From Strigamia acuminata (lineage: Eukaryota), in contig OX442314.1 of NCBI GenBank assembly GCA_949358305.1, positions 3,968,001 through 4,032,000 on the forward strand: DNA of 64,000 bases. The letters run 5' to 3'. Below are positions 49,099 to 61,900 of the stretch, piece after piece. Below the pieces are notes generated by a model. It made no database searches. It worked only from the letters and a program-made list of their open reading frames with translations, and was not told the origin of the DNA. Within the stretch, counting starts at the first letter, position 1, and each line of letters starts with the position of its first letter. The position numbers were made by a program, and so were the translations under genes.

Positions 49099-49921
49099 TG
49101 TCGCGTCCTACCTGGTGATAGGTTTAATGAGCTAACGTGTATTACTTTACCTGTGATTCTATTAAATATGTAAATTACCCAAATGAATACTAAGTATATG
49201 TAAATGAACAAATAGGTTTATTCAATAGGCGTGAGCCTTAAAATACACTCAGTATAAAGCTAGAGTCGACTTGGTCAGAGTCGAACAAAGAGTTTCTCAA
49301 GATGGCGTCGTCGATTCCGCGTGGTCGGCGGAACAAAGGCGGCGTCTCGAGTTGTCGTAAATTCGTCACGGATTCGTCGTTCACGGACGCGGTGGAATGC
49401 TCTTTCGAGTCTTCTATCCGTGCCTGTTGTCTAGGGGTTGGTTTTAGCGTCGCAAGGCTCCGTCCAGAAACGTGGAGTTTCTTACAGGGCACTCGGACAC
49501 TTTAGTGGTGGAATAACCGTGGGTCGGTTATTCGGTGTGAATTCACAAGGGTTATTTTCCTGCTTTCGCGGGAAATAAACGCACAGTGTAAATTCGTGAG
49601 AGTTACAGTTGCACTGGAATCAGCGGTCCTCTATCAATCCTAACTTTTGGTGGAGTTGGCCTGACGGTGAGGTAGTTGCTGTGTTCTTGGTGTCGTTTGT
49701 GTAAGTTCTGATTTTAGGCGGGAAATTCTCCCTTTTATGGGTCAGTGTGAGGGGCCGGCGCAGCCAATGGGGGCTTGCCACCCGACGCCTCACTCCCCTC
49801 GGGGCACACACCTGCTCATGGAGAGGCGGAGCCAACACGAGGGGAACGACCGGTCTATTGCAGTGAGTCATGGGGCAAATATCCGCTTGGAGAGAAATAT
49901 TTAACCCCCATGCTCACCACA
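49099..49921 (-). repeat. 5' LTR of the outer element (823 bp)
   Basis: Direct repeat of 35393-36215, adjacent to the PBS. Confidence 0.95.
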
Positions 49922-50209
49922 ACATCTTAAAGTTAAGAAATTTTGATTTTGTTTGACCAACAATCAAAATGAAACCACCAAAATAAAAACCGTCTACACC
50001 CGTGTTGGCATAGTGCCGCAAAGGCACGCCACACCAGCAACCAACCCGTCACACACAGGGAAGGATCCCCATGGGTGACGTGGCTGGTTAGACATAACTA
50101 TTCTGGTGTATTCACCTATGCAGCCCATGCAACCGCTCATGGAGGTTGTGGTGGATCCGACATCTCACCACTGCGCATCGCAGTAATGAATAGCTAGAGA
50201 GCAGAGTCA

Positions 50210-52206
50210 CACTGGAAAAAAATATGGCTTTACAAATTGTAAATGTTCTAAAAGTTAATGCGTAAATGTGAGCTTTACAGTTTTTGTAAAGTTGTTGTAA
50301 AATCGAAGAAAAATTAGACATTTAACATTGAATTTACACACTTTGTAAATTTCATGTGTAAATCAGACATTTACATTAAATTTAATTTCCTTGTAAATGA
50401 CTTGGTTGAAATAGCACATTTAACAATAAGTTTAAGTTGCATGTAAATATCTTGTTTTAAATTAGATAATTAGCATCAACATTAAAATAATAAAAATCAA
50501 TAAAAACTAATCAAAAGTAAAATGAAATACATCAAAATGATCACTGAAAAACAAGAAACAAAAAATGCAATCGTAACAATACTCGGAAATGATTCAAAAA
50601 GCTAATAAAATGACAAAAACTAACTTAGCTCTCAAAAGATCGAGGTTGACCAATGAGAGCGCAGCAACCTTCAGTTGGGTTCAAACTCAAAATTTAGACT
50701 GCATCAAACACAAAAAACAAGCATGAATAAGAACTTAAATTAATTATTAATAATTAATTAGTACACAGAATGAATGACAAAACAATTTTACAAATTAGTA
50801 ACAAGGCACATTTGAAATCAACGGTAAAATCCAACATGGCGTTCACAACTGAGGACACTCCCGGTTCTTGCTCAAACAAGCGATTTACACTCGAACCAGC
50901 GAAGGATTACCACTAAAATCGGTACAAAACATAAGAATACATGTGTATAATTAGTAATTAATTGTTTTACAACTTCTAGGAAATGAATAATACTTTGAAT
51001 GAGGACAAAAGCGCACTACATGAGCTACGCCCAAAACCAACAGACGAAAAAGGCACCAAATAGACCTTCAGAGTATTCTGATCATCAAAAGACCATCAAA
51101 AATGAAATTAACAGGTAAAAATACATCAAAACGCTTCTGTTTGAGAATATTAAACTGAAATTTCAACCTAAAAACACTCCTTTTCAGAATCATCGCATAA
51201 GTCAACTGGAAACTGAAACGTGCATCATTAACATAGCACAACTGAACCGGAAAATGACACATTGATGATTATGAAGAAACATACACGAAAACAACAACAA
51301 AAAATGGAAAAAGGAATCGAATCAGATAAGCTTTTTAATTAATTATATCAAAAGAAGATTTATTTAAGGCATTTAAAACCATTTCAGGAAAAATTCACCG
51401 ATTGGGAAGAATACAACAAGGAAAAAACAACACAGAGAGACGACACACTTGAAAATGTAAAAAAACTGATTTGAGATTTAATTCTAATCTAAGCAAACAG
51501 ATTTGATGGTAGATTTGAAATTTCGGCCGTTGGTGTATACTTTTTACACTTGATGGTAGAAAATCAGATTGGCTGTTGGTTTGTTTGTTTAATAAATAAT
51601 GAAATGCACATGACAGCTTATATTTAAAAAAAATATTTTTGTAATATTTGTAATATTTTATTTGTAATATTTTAATGTGATACATTTTTAAAAATCTTGT
51701 ATAACTGTGATTAGTTTTCTGTGATATACAGTATTTAAAATGTGTAAAAATATTTGTGAGAAATATTATACTGTGATTACATGTAAATATATTTATTAAA
51801 ATATAAAATCTAAAATTGTTAAGGGATGAAAAGTAAATGAAAATTTGAAATTTCAGCTTTGTAAAGTCACATTTACAAAGAGTGTAAATTTTTGTTTAAA
51901 TCAATAAATTTACAAGATTAAAACTGCATTTTTCATTAAACAGACAATAAATTTAAAGTTTGTAAATTTGAAATTTGTCAGCTTTTACAGAAATTAAATT
52001 TATTGTTAAATCCAACAAATTTGAAATTTACAAACTGTAAAGTTATTGTGCGTGTTTATTGTAAAATGTCTTTTTCTTTTGTAAAGTTATTGTGTAAAAC
52101 AAAAGTTTACAATTTTTGTAAATGTGACTTTACAAAGCCGAAAGTTCAAATTTACAATAACTTTTCAGCAATTGAAAGACATGTAAAGCCATATTTTTTT
52201 CCAGTG
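50210..52206. mobile_element. Non-autonomous CACTA/EnSpm-like DNA transposon (~2.0 kb)
   Basis: Perfect 25-bp TIR CACTGGAAAAAAATATGGCTTTACA, 3-bp TSD TCA, dense TGTAAA/TTTACA subterminal motifs, no long ORF. Confidence 0.85.
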
Positions 52207-52992
52207 TCAGCACAAAGCACGACTGCTCTTGCTAGCTTCAGGTCTTCACTTCTATTGTCTCGCTTCTATTGTCACCTTCACATCATGGGTTTAGATGATT
52301 GTGTGACATCATTTAAATGATAATTTGTCACAACTTATCACTGAGTTTTTACATTACCTGGTGGATACAGCCAAAAACGCTCATTCTGCAGGTGAGCGTC
52401 AAGCTGGACTGGGACGATTTATATGTCCAAGGCTGTACGGTATATACTTAAAGTTTCATACATTTGTTTGCCCTATTCAAGGTAGTTTCGTTTTTATCGT
52501 TTCATTCGTAATTTCTAGCATGTGTTGTTTGTTATTTCATCCGTGCGCCATGGGGGTCGAGAACAAAGAGTTGGTAAACTTGTACCAAACTAGACTCCTT
52601 AATTGAGAATTTAAAATAGTTTAAATATACAAAGTTATGACTGATTGTCAGTAACTTCAACACAATGCCCACAATGAATAGTCTAATCCATCCCACCTGG
52701 TTTAGTTAATGGCTAATGTAATCAAATGACATTATATTGGTTGATGTCATAATATGATGTGATATCACGTGGTAGCATCCTGCAACCAGCAACTCCTCCT
52801 GGCATGGTGACATTGTACTAGTATTAGTAGGCCATATGGATGTTTGTTGGTCTGGTTGACTTTTTTAAATGAAGGAAATGTTACTACACATGAAAGCAAT
52901 TTGCATAATATGTCAGCTGACAATCAATTAAAGTAATCAATATTAATCTCAACAGCATTGTACCACATCAATAACTGCACTTAAAAGGAACA

Positions 52993-55900
52993 ATGGAGAG
53001 AGAGGATTCAAATCGACCAGTAGGCCCAATTGAACAAATGAGAAGACGAAAACTGCTTCAACTTGTTCGCATTACTATGTCGAAGCAACAGAGGACTCCG
53101 CCATTGATCAAATGTTTGAGAAATATCTGGGAGAATAAAAGAAATATCAAGATTTTACTTTGTGTGTTACTAATTATCAATTTGGCAGCTTGTGTTTATC
53201 AAACAGTAGATCGAGTATTGTATTTCATGGACGAACCCACAGCAGTTGATGCACACATGATTGAAACAACGCATGGTCCCTTTCCCTATGTTTATTTATA
53301 TCCATCTACTACGCGAGAATTTAACGATTTCATTTTCAACAAAACAAAAAAATCTGACGATTGTAAATTTGATCAAATGATCCCAGCATTTTCAGAATTT
53401 AATTTCAATGATGTTCTACAATATTCTACTATACATAGTTACATAACTGATGCCTACTTCAAAACAGTAAATCGTTTTTATTTTTTCTCCTAACCAAACT
53501 AGAATAAGTTTAATCAAAAGTGGAAAAATATATATTTGCAGCCTAAAATGCGCATTAACCTTACAATTGCAAATTATGAGACTGTGGATTTTCCCACTGC
53601 ACAAGTTTCCAGTCGTAAGTCAACTATATTTCCTGTTTTCTTTATTTTTACAAGTTCCTTTTTCCCTTAGCAATTTCGTTTCCATATGGGAATGCTGCTT
53701 ATAAGATGGTCATAAAACTTAATTTTCCCAAGAAATGTAAATATGTTCTCGTGAGTATTTAATTTCATCGACAATTCTCACAATTTATTTTGCATTTCTC
53801 ACAGCCACAAAGTTACACACCACATTTTTAAAAAAATGAGCATCCCTTGTAGCTGTCAAAATTGTGAAATACTCAGTAATAAAATTTGATAATCATTCTC
53901 GAAACCATTGCATTCAATTTCAAGGTGTTAATAGATCCATCATCAGTCGTTTATCATGTAAACAAGCAATTTATGCAAACTCTACAAATAGAACACGACA
54001 AACATACAGTTGGAATTAGAGTGCAAGAAGTAAGGATTAAATTAATAATTATTCACTATCCAAGAAATAATTCTGATTAATGATCAAAAGTATTTCTTGG
54101 ATCTATTCGTTTTATTTAAGCACAATTGCTAATTATTAACTAATATGTAATAAGGGCCATCCGTAATTTACATAATGTTGGGTTTTGGTTGACTAGAATT
54201 AACATCAACATGTAACATCAAATTTCTGTTAAAAGGTCGTAACAAATTCCCTCCCTTCATCCCTAGAAAATAAGATAATAAAGATGCTATGTACGTAATT
54301 TAGGGAAGGCCCCATAATAATACAAGAATTTGAAACTTGTATTTTAGTATCACTACATCAGCACTAAGAAAAATCCATGTGATAATAATTTACATGATTG
54401 CTTACGTCCATGTCTCGTCAAACAAACGAAATGCAGGTAAGTTTTTTAATTCGACTCAATAACAGAATTCAATGAAAAAATATTTATTTCTGTGCACAAA
54501 TCACAAATCAACACATTTCAAAAATATTTTTTTATCTGACTGTTATTAATAAAAATTAGAAGTTAACTTTAATAAAGGTTGTCACATTAGATATCCATTT
54601 TATGAAGCGAGAAATCTACCGGAATGCAATTACACAGACACCTTGAATCAGTTCAAACAAATAGCAAACCTTATCAGCGTATATGGTATAGAATCAGTGT
54701 AGATGTGGTAATTTATGTGATGAGACAAGTTTCAGCCAAACAGTTGATAGAATACCTGATGATGTAGATAAAATAGACATTTATGTTGTCAATACTTTCG
54801 TTCGAATATTAGTCGAACACTTTTCTTATGACATCATCAATTTGCTATGCGACATCGGAGGAAACATTGGCCTCTATTTCGGCATGTCTTGCTTGACACT
54901 GGTCGAAATATTCATTCACATATGCAAAATATGCATCAGCAAACCAACAACAGCAAATTCCAAGTTAACAGATAAAATTGAAATGACGCTTGAAAAGATG
55001 GAGAGTAGCCGAAAACTAACTTTCGTTAAAAAGTTGATCAAAATCACAACATCACTATTCCTTGGCTCGATATCAGTCTACTACATTTACCATTTGATTG
55101 ATTCTTATTTTCAATTTCAACTCTTGAAAACTGTTAAACTCATTAGAGATGAAAAAATTCATTTTCCACCCATTATTGCATGTGCAGATAATGCAAACAT
55201 ATCACGTGCTAAAATGGAATTAGCCCTAAAACTCAACACAACTGATTGCGATCATTTCCAACTGTTGGATTTACTCCATCCACTATCTGAATTCGCAAAT
55301 CAACCACTGCAATTGTGGAATGCCTCCTCTCTTCTTGAGTTCTACGACGCAGAACAGAGATATTATCTCGAGGTAAAAAAGTCAGAATATTAAATTCTCT
55401 TTTCAAACGTGTATAAATTTAAGAAACTTTTAGAAAGGAGCAACAGCAGATGAAATTGATTTTAATTTTGCCAAATTATCATTAAAACCTACAGTGTATG
55501 GAATGTGTACTGCGTTTAATAAAGGTAAAAAAAACACAAGTGGCTTTTATTTCTCTAATTTAAATATTTGTACACAGTTGACCAACCGTTTTCTCGAAAG
55601 CAAAACTTTTTATTCATTAACAATGAGCCCAATGGTCACTGTAGTTTAAAACGAGAAGTGAGATATCCTTCGTACTGTTAATTGCAGCAGTTACTAATTT
55701 CACTTTCTGTATTCCAGCACTTCATTTTGCCAACAAATCAATTTTTTCATCCGAAATATCGTTTAGATGGATCCAACAATTTAATTGCTTTTGTCAACTT
55801 CGCCCCTCAAACGGTGAATTTGAAAAATGATAAATCCACTATACTCTGGCTCACCATAAGGTTGCCCTTTCTCCCATTGGCCGAGTCTCACTACTTCTAA

Positions 55901-58900
55901 CTGTAGACTACGTACTACCACCAGAAAAAGGAGTTTTTATTTTTGTGATTATTATAAAATAAAGATTAAAATGATATAATTTTAATTTTATTTTATAGTA
56001 AAATGTTTTTTCCATTTATAAAATACAGTTTTATGCTGCGTCTATTTCAACAAACATGTTTGTTCAGTTTATTGGTTGCTTTGTCTGAAAAGCACAATGT
56101 CTGTACATCGGTAGCAATTAAGGTGTTTTGGTCTATTTTTTATATCACTATATAAATGAAATGGCTGGGTCAATGGGAGAAAGGCCAACCTAATATAAGC
56201 CAGAGTACAGCGCATTCGAAAAGCCATTGCAACAGTTTAAATAGCGTGATTAGACTTAAAAAATGGCACCCAATTTAATCTGCATCAGTTGTCATTTAAA
56301 TGTCTTCATTAAAAAAATATAAAAAAAAATAATAAATGTTTAACAATTGCTTTTGAATGTAGACAGTTTTGAGAAATTGTAGACAGTTTTGAGAAATTGT
56401 AGACAGTTTTGAGAAATTGTAGACAGTTTTGAGAAATTGTAGACAGTTTTGAGAAATTGTAGACAGTTTTGAGAAATTGTAGACAGTTTTGAGAAATTGT
56501 AGACAGTTTTGAGAAATTGTAGACAGTTTGTTGTGTTCTTATTCGTGATGGAGATAATGATTGTGGATGAAGCAAGGAAGATGCGTGTCAAGCGGCCATA
56601 TTTGCATAAGTGAATTTATTAAGTCAAAAGTTAACACAGGTGGCGCTGCGCAAAGGTAGCGTCACAAATCAACAGGAAATGACAATTACTGAATGGAGTA
56701 CAGACACTCCAACATCCCCTCAATTGTGAGGCGGAAGAAGAGCAATTTTAACATTGTAGTCAATCGACTTGTAATAATTGAAGAATGTAATAAAACGAGA
56801 ATACACAATCAATTGACACTGAGTAATGATAAAACTGACACTCAATTACACACAAAAGTTCTACGCATCGGGAAAGCCATAAAACTTGGTTTGGGTCCTA
56901 GCTCGTTGTGGTCGTGGGCTGCGCGCTGGTTGCTGTGGAAGCGGAGGCGGAGTCGGAGGACGCGGAGGTGAGCGTGGGACGTGAGCTGCGACATTTGGTT
57001 GCACGATTGCAGGTCCGGGAGTCGGTGGTGGCGGAGTCGTGGTCAACGAAGCAGGAAAATTAAAAGGAGGTTCTTGGAAGTTCTCCTCCCCCATTGGAAT
57101 TGGCTTGCCAATAACCAATCGCTTGCGAATCTGGTCGATATGGCGAGACCACACTACCGTAGTAGCGACTTCCACCTTGTACGTCGTGGACGAAATTTTC
57201 TCCAAAATGATCGCCGGAACCCACTTCTCGCCGTGGCGATAGTCGCGCACGAAAACTGGATCCCCTGCCTCAAAGTTCCTGGCGGTGTCCGCAACTGTGA
57301 TGTCCGGGAGCAGGCGAGGATTGAGGAGGTGAAGTCGCGAGCGCAGCTGGCGCTGTGTGAAGACTTCAGCCGGAGACTTCCGCAAAGTCGCATGTGGCGT
57401 CGAGCGATACGAGAACAGGAACTGCAAAAGTGCTTCGATGAGCGAAAAATTGAGTTTGATTAATTTGTCCATTTGGTTTTTAAACGTCTTGACGAATCCC
57501 TCAACCGCGCCATTTGTTGCTGGGTGGTACGGCGGAGAAAACGTGTGGCGGACGCCATTTTCCGCCAAAAACTGCTGGAACTCGGACGCGGTGAATTGTG
57601 GCCCGTTATCCGAGTGGACGTGGATCGGCAGGCCGTGCTGGCAGAACCACTCCTTCAACACTGCGACGGTGGCTGCAGCTGTTGTTGTTGACATGGCGCG
57701 AATCTCGCACCATTTCGATTTCGCATCGATGGCTAGCAGGAACATCTTGTTGTGGAATGGTCCAGCGAAATCGATGTGGATCCTACCCCAAACCTCGTCC
57801 GGTATTGGCCAGCGAATGTCTGAAGTGCGTGGAGGATCTGGGAGCGCCCGTTGGCAAGCATCACATAGGCGCACGGTGCGTTCTACGTCGGCGTCGATTC
57901 CCGGCCACCAGACCGTGGCGCGCGCAAGTGACTTGGTGCGCACAATACCGTAGTGGCCTGCATGCAACTCCGCTAGAATTGCAGCGCGCAGGCCGACCGG
58001 AACCACGAGTCTGTCGAATAAAAACAAATAATTATTAAAAACCGAAAAGGAATCACGATGCTTGTAGAAGGGAGCTGTCTCGGGCGTATGCTGTTGCCAT
58101 CCTGTGCGTGTGCATTCGAGCACAGTCTGCAACAATGCATCGTTTTCGTAAGAAGCTTGCAGAGAAGCCGCCGAGACTGGAAATTGATGTAACGATGACG
58201 AAAAGATTTCAATTGCGCCGATTTCGAGGTCTTCTGTCGCGTCGACGAGTGGCTGCGGGTTTCTCGAGAGTCCGTCAGCAATAGCGTTATCCGAAGCGGG
58301 AACATGCGAAATTTCGTAGTCGTACGCCGACAGGAAGACGGCCCAGCGGTGAAGGCGTGCAGCCACGACTTGGTTGCACCCTTTTTTGTCGCCGAAAATG
58401 GAGACCAACGGCTTGTGGTCTGTTCGAAGCAGAAATCGTCGTCCAAACAAGTAGTGGTGGAATTTTCGAATTCCATACACTATTGCGTATCCTTCGCGCT
58501 CGATTTGCGCGTAGTTGCGCTGAGCAGCTGACAGGAGCGATGATGCGAAGGCGATTGGGTGGTGTACGCCGGCGTTGTCGACGTGCGAGAGGAAAGCGCC
58601 CACTCCGACGGGAGATGCGTCGACCGTGAGGTACACGGGCTTCTTCTGGTCGTAATGGGTTAGAGCTGACTCCGTTGACACCGAATTTCGCACACACTGC
58701 CATGCTGCTTCGTGCTGCTTGTCCCACGTCCATTTGGCGCCGTCACGAGTGAGACTATAAAGAGGTTCAAGAGTTGTTGATAAATTAGCAACGAAACGAC
58801 CGTAGTAGTTCACAAGGCCGATGAACGATTTTAGCGAGGTGACATCCGTTGGACGCGAGGAGTTACGAAGGGGCGCCAATTTGGAATTAATCGGCGAAAT

Positions 58901-61900
58901 CCCTTGCTTCGAAATTCTTAAACCCAAAAATTCAACCGATGGTTGCAAAAACTTGCACTTGGATTCGTTGAGCGTGAGTCCGTTCGCGTCGAAAGTAGCA
59001 AGGAGGTTGTCGAGATTTTGCAGGTGCACGTCGTTGGTTGGCCCGGTGACGGCTGAGTCGTCGATGTAAGGTTGTGTGTTCCCCACATCAGCCAATAAAC
59101 CGTCCATCGTGCGCTGGAAAAGAGCCGGAGCTGTGGATATGCCATAAAATAATCGATTAACGCGAAAAAGTCCGATGTGCGTATTTATGGTGCAAACGTC
59201 CTTGCTCTTGTCGTCCAACTCCAATTGATTGTAGGCGTGGTTCATGTCGAGGGTCGAATAAGTTTCGCCACCCGACAATTTATTCGCCACGTCCGCAAAC
59301 AACGGCAGCGGATACGAACAAGGCAACACAGCTTTATTCACGGTGCGGTTGTAGCACCCCGCGATCTTCATGGTCCCGTCAGTCTTCCGCACGTGCATGA
59401 TAGGCGTCGCCCATCGTGATGAAGCCACGGGAGTAATGATGCCAAGGTCCTGCAGACGACGCAACTCGAGCTCGAGGTCGGGCTTAATCGCCAATGGAAC
59501 CGGATAGGCTTTCAAAAAAATCGGTGAAAAGTTCTGGTCAACGTCGATACTCACGGTGGCCGTCGAAAGTCGGCCAATCTCGTTCCTGAACACATGTTTG
59601 TGCTTCGAGAGGATCGTTTTGAGCGATGACAGCGATTGTGCGCTCACGGAGCCGTGTGGAGCAGTTGACGTCGAAGGGGCAGCAATTTCGATTGGCGGTG
59701 GAGCAGCTGGTTTGGCAGGCGGCGGAGCGTGTGTCGCACGATTGCGTAGCTTATCAGCGGCCATGGGTGTGGGCACAGCACCTGCAACGGGCTTGAGGGC
59801 GTACACGACAGCACCCATGTGTTCCTTGGTGGATTCCAGCAGGCCAAACGCATCGAGCCAGTCGCGGCCTAACAGCGGAACGGCGCCTTTCGAGGCGATG
59901 CAGAGCGACAAGCAATAAAGTTTCTCGTTGTAGTAAACTGGAACCTCGCACACGCCGTCCACGGACATGACGTGCCCGTCGTACGATGACATCTGGATGT
60001 GTAACGGCTGTAATGGAAATTCTTTGAAATATCGATTATACAGTTTGCGAGAAATAAACGTTGCGCCAGCGCCGGTGTCGATTTGCATTCCAAGTTTGGT
60101 GTTTGCAATCAAAAGTTCCAAAACTAGCGGCTTGGTGTGGCGTATGTTGACAGCATTCACAGTCGGCGTGGACACGTTGGTAGTTGGCTCAATCGCGTAG
60201 AAGGTGAGCTGTCGCGGCATCGGTTCGATCGCGTGATTTGGCATCGAAGTCGTCGTCGCTTTTCTGCATACCGTCTTGAGATGTCCGTCGAGGCCGCAGT
60301 TGTGGCACTTGGCGTGCCGCCACTTACAGTCAGATCGTCGGTGATCCGTTCCCCCACACGATGGGCAGCTGTTGGGGTCCCAAGCGTGTTTGGCTGGAGT
60401 CTGCTTGCCGTGCGACGTGGCGGAGCTCTTCTGGAAGCGTTTTCCACCCGTCTGTCGCTTCGAATTAAATTTCGCCTTGGCGGCGGAGTTATTATTGGAA
60501 TTGCTGACCTGATGTACTGCTGTTGTGGGTCTTGCGAAGCTCGCAAGGTCGGAACTGGCCAACTCCGCTGCTGACGCTGCGTCGAGGGCTTCGGCGAACG
60601 TCATGTCCTTCTTCAAAACGAGCGTTTCCTGCACGTTTCGCAAGTTGAGGCCCCAAATAAATTGGTTTCGCAGCTCGTCGTCCAGCTTGTCTCCGAATTC
60701 ACAGTATCGTGTCAGCACTTGCAACTCCACGGCGAAATCACCCACCAACTCGTTGGGCGCGCGAGTGCGGGAACGGAAGCGCATAACTGCACTTTGCGCG
60801 AGCGGCTTTGGTTTCTGGTGCTTCTGCATTAGGGCGACCACATCGGCGTACTTCATCGTGGTCGGATCCTTCGGCCTGGCTAAATCCGTGATCCGTTTGA
60901 ACGTCGCCATTCCTACGCAGGCGAGCAGGAAATTGACTTTGTCCGCGTCGGCGTCCACTTTGTTTACTGCGAAGACGCATTTCATCTGCGAAATATACGT
61001 CTCCCAGTCGTCGTTGGGATCGTACTTATCCGGTGTGCCGACGTTTGGCATCGTGGAAAGCAACAAAGTTGAAGGAAGCGCAACACAAAGACAAAACGGA
61101 GGACTAGGCCTACTTTTGGGTCCGCGAGGTCCGCGTGGTCAGCGTGGTCAGCAAAAGTTCGAAAAAGTCGCTATTTTTGCACGAAAAAGTTCACAATAAA
61201 GAATGTGGATTCTTGTATTACCATCTCGTCGCCAATTGTTGTGTTCTTATTCGTGATGGAGATAATGATTGTGGATGAAGCAAGGAAGATGCGTGTCAAG
61301 CGGCCATATTTGCATAAGTGAATTTATTAAGTCAAAAGTTAACACAGGTGGCGCTGCGCAAAGGTAGCGTCACAAATCAACAGGAAATGACAATTACTGA
61401 ATGGAGTACAGACACTCCACAGTTTTGAGAAATTGTAGACAGTTTTGAGAAATTGTAGACAGTTTTGAGAAATTGTAGACAGTTTTGAGAAATTGTAGAC
61501 AGTTTTGAGAAATTGTAGACAGTTTTGAGAAATTGTAGACAGTTTTGAGAAATTGTAGACAGTTTTGAGAAATTGTAGACAGTTTTGAGAAATTGTAGAC
61601 AGTTTTGAGAAATTGTAGACAGTTTTGAGAAATTGTAGACAGTTTTGAGAAATTGTAGACAGTTTTGAGAAATTGTAGACAGTTTTGAGAAATTGTAGAC
61701 AGTTTTGAGAAATTGTAGACAGTTTTGAGAAATTGTAGACAGTTTTGAGAAATTGTAGACAGTTTTGAGAAATTGTAGACAGTTTTGAGAAATTGTAGAC
61801 AGTTTTGAGAAATTGTAGACAGTTTTGAGAAATTGTAGACAGTTTTGAGAAATTGTAGACAGTTTTGAGAAATTGTAGACAGTTTTGAGAAATTGTAGAC

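Larger units (their letters stand above)
35393..49921 (-). mobile_element. Non-autonomous LTR retroelement (Gypsy-derived, ~7.45 kb without inserts) hosting two nested transposons
   Basis: 823-bp TG...CA LTRs, 4-bp TSD ACAT (35389-35392 and 49922-49925), a tRNA-Pro-like PBS TGGGGGCCTGTCCGGGAT (49096-49079) and a purine tract next to the left LTR. Confidence 0.93.

Noticed and set aside
53805..53890. Extra ENaC exon after the CTCACAG acceptor
   Set aside because: It has a stop in the required phase, and skipping it preserves both the frame and the intron pattern shared with unit 2
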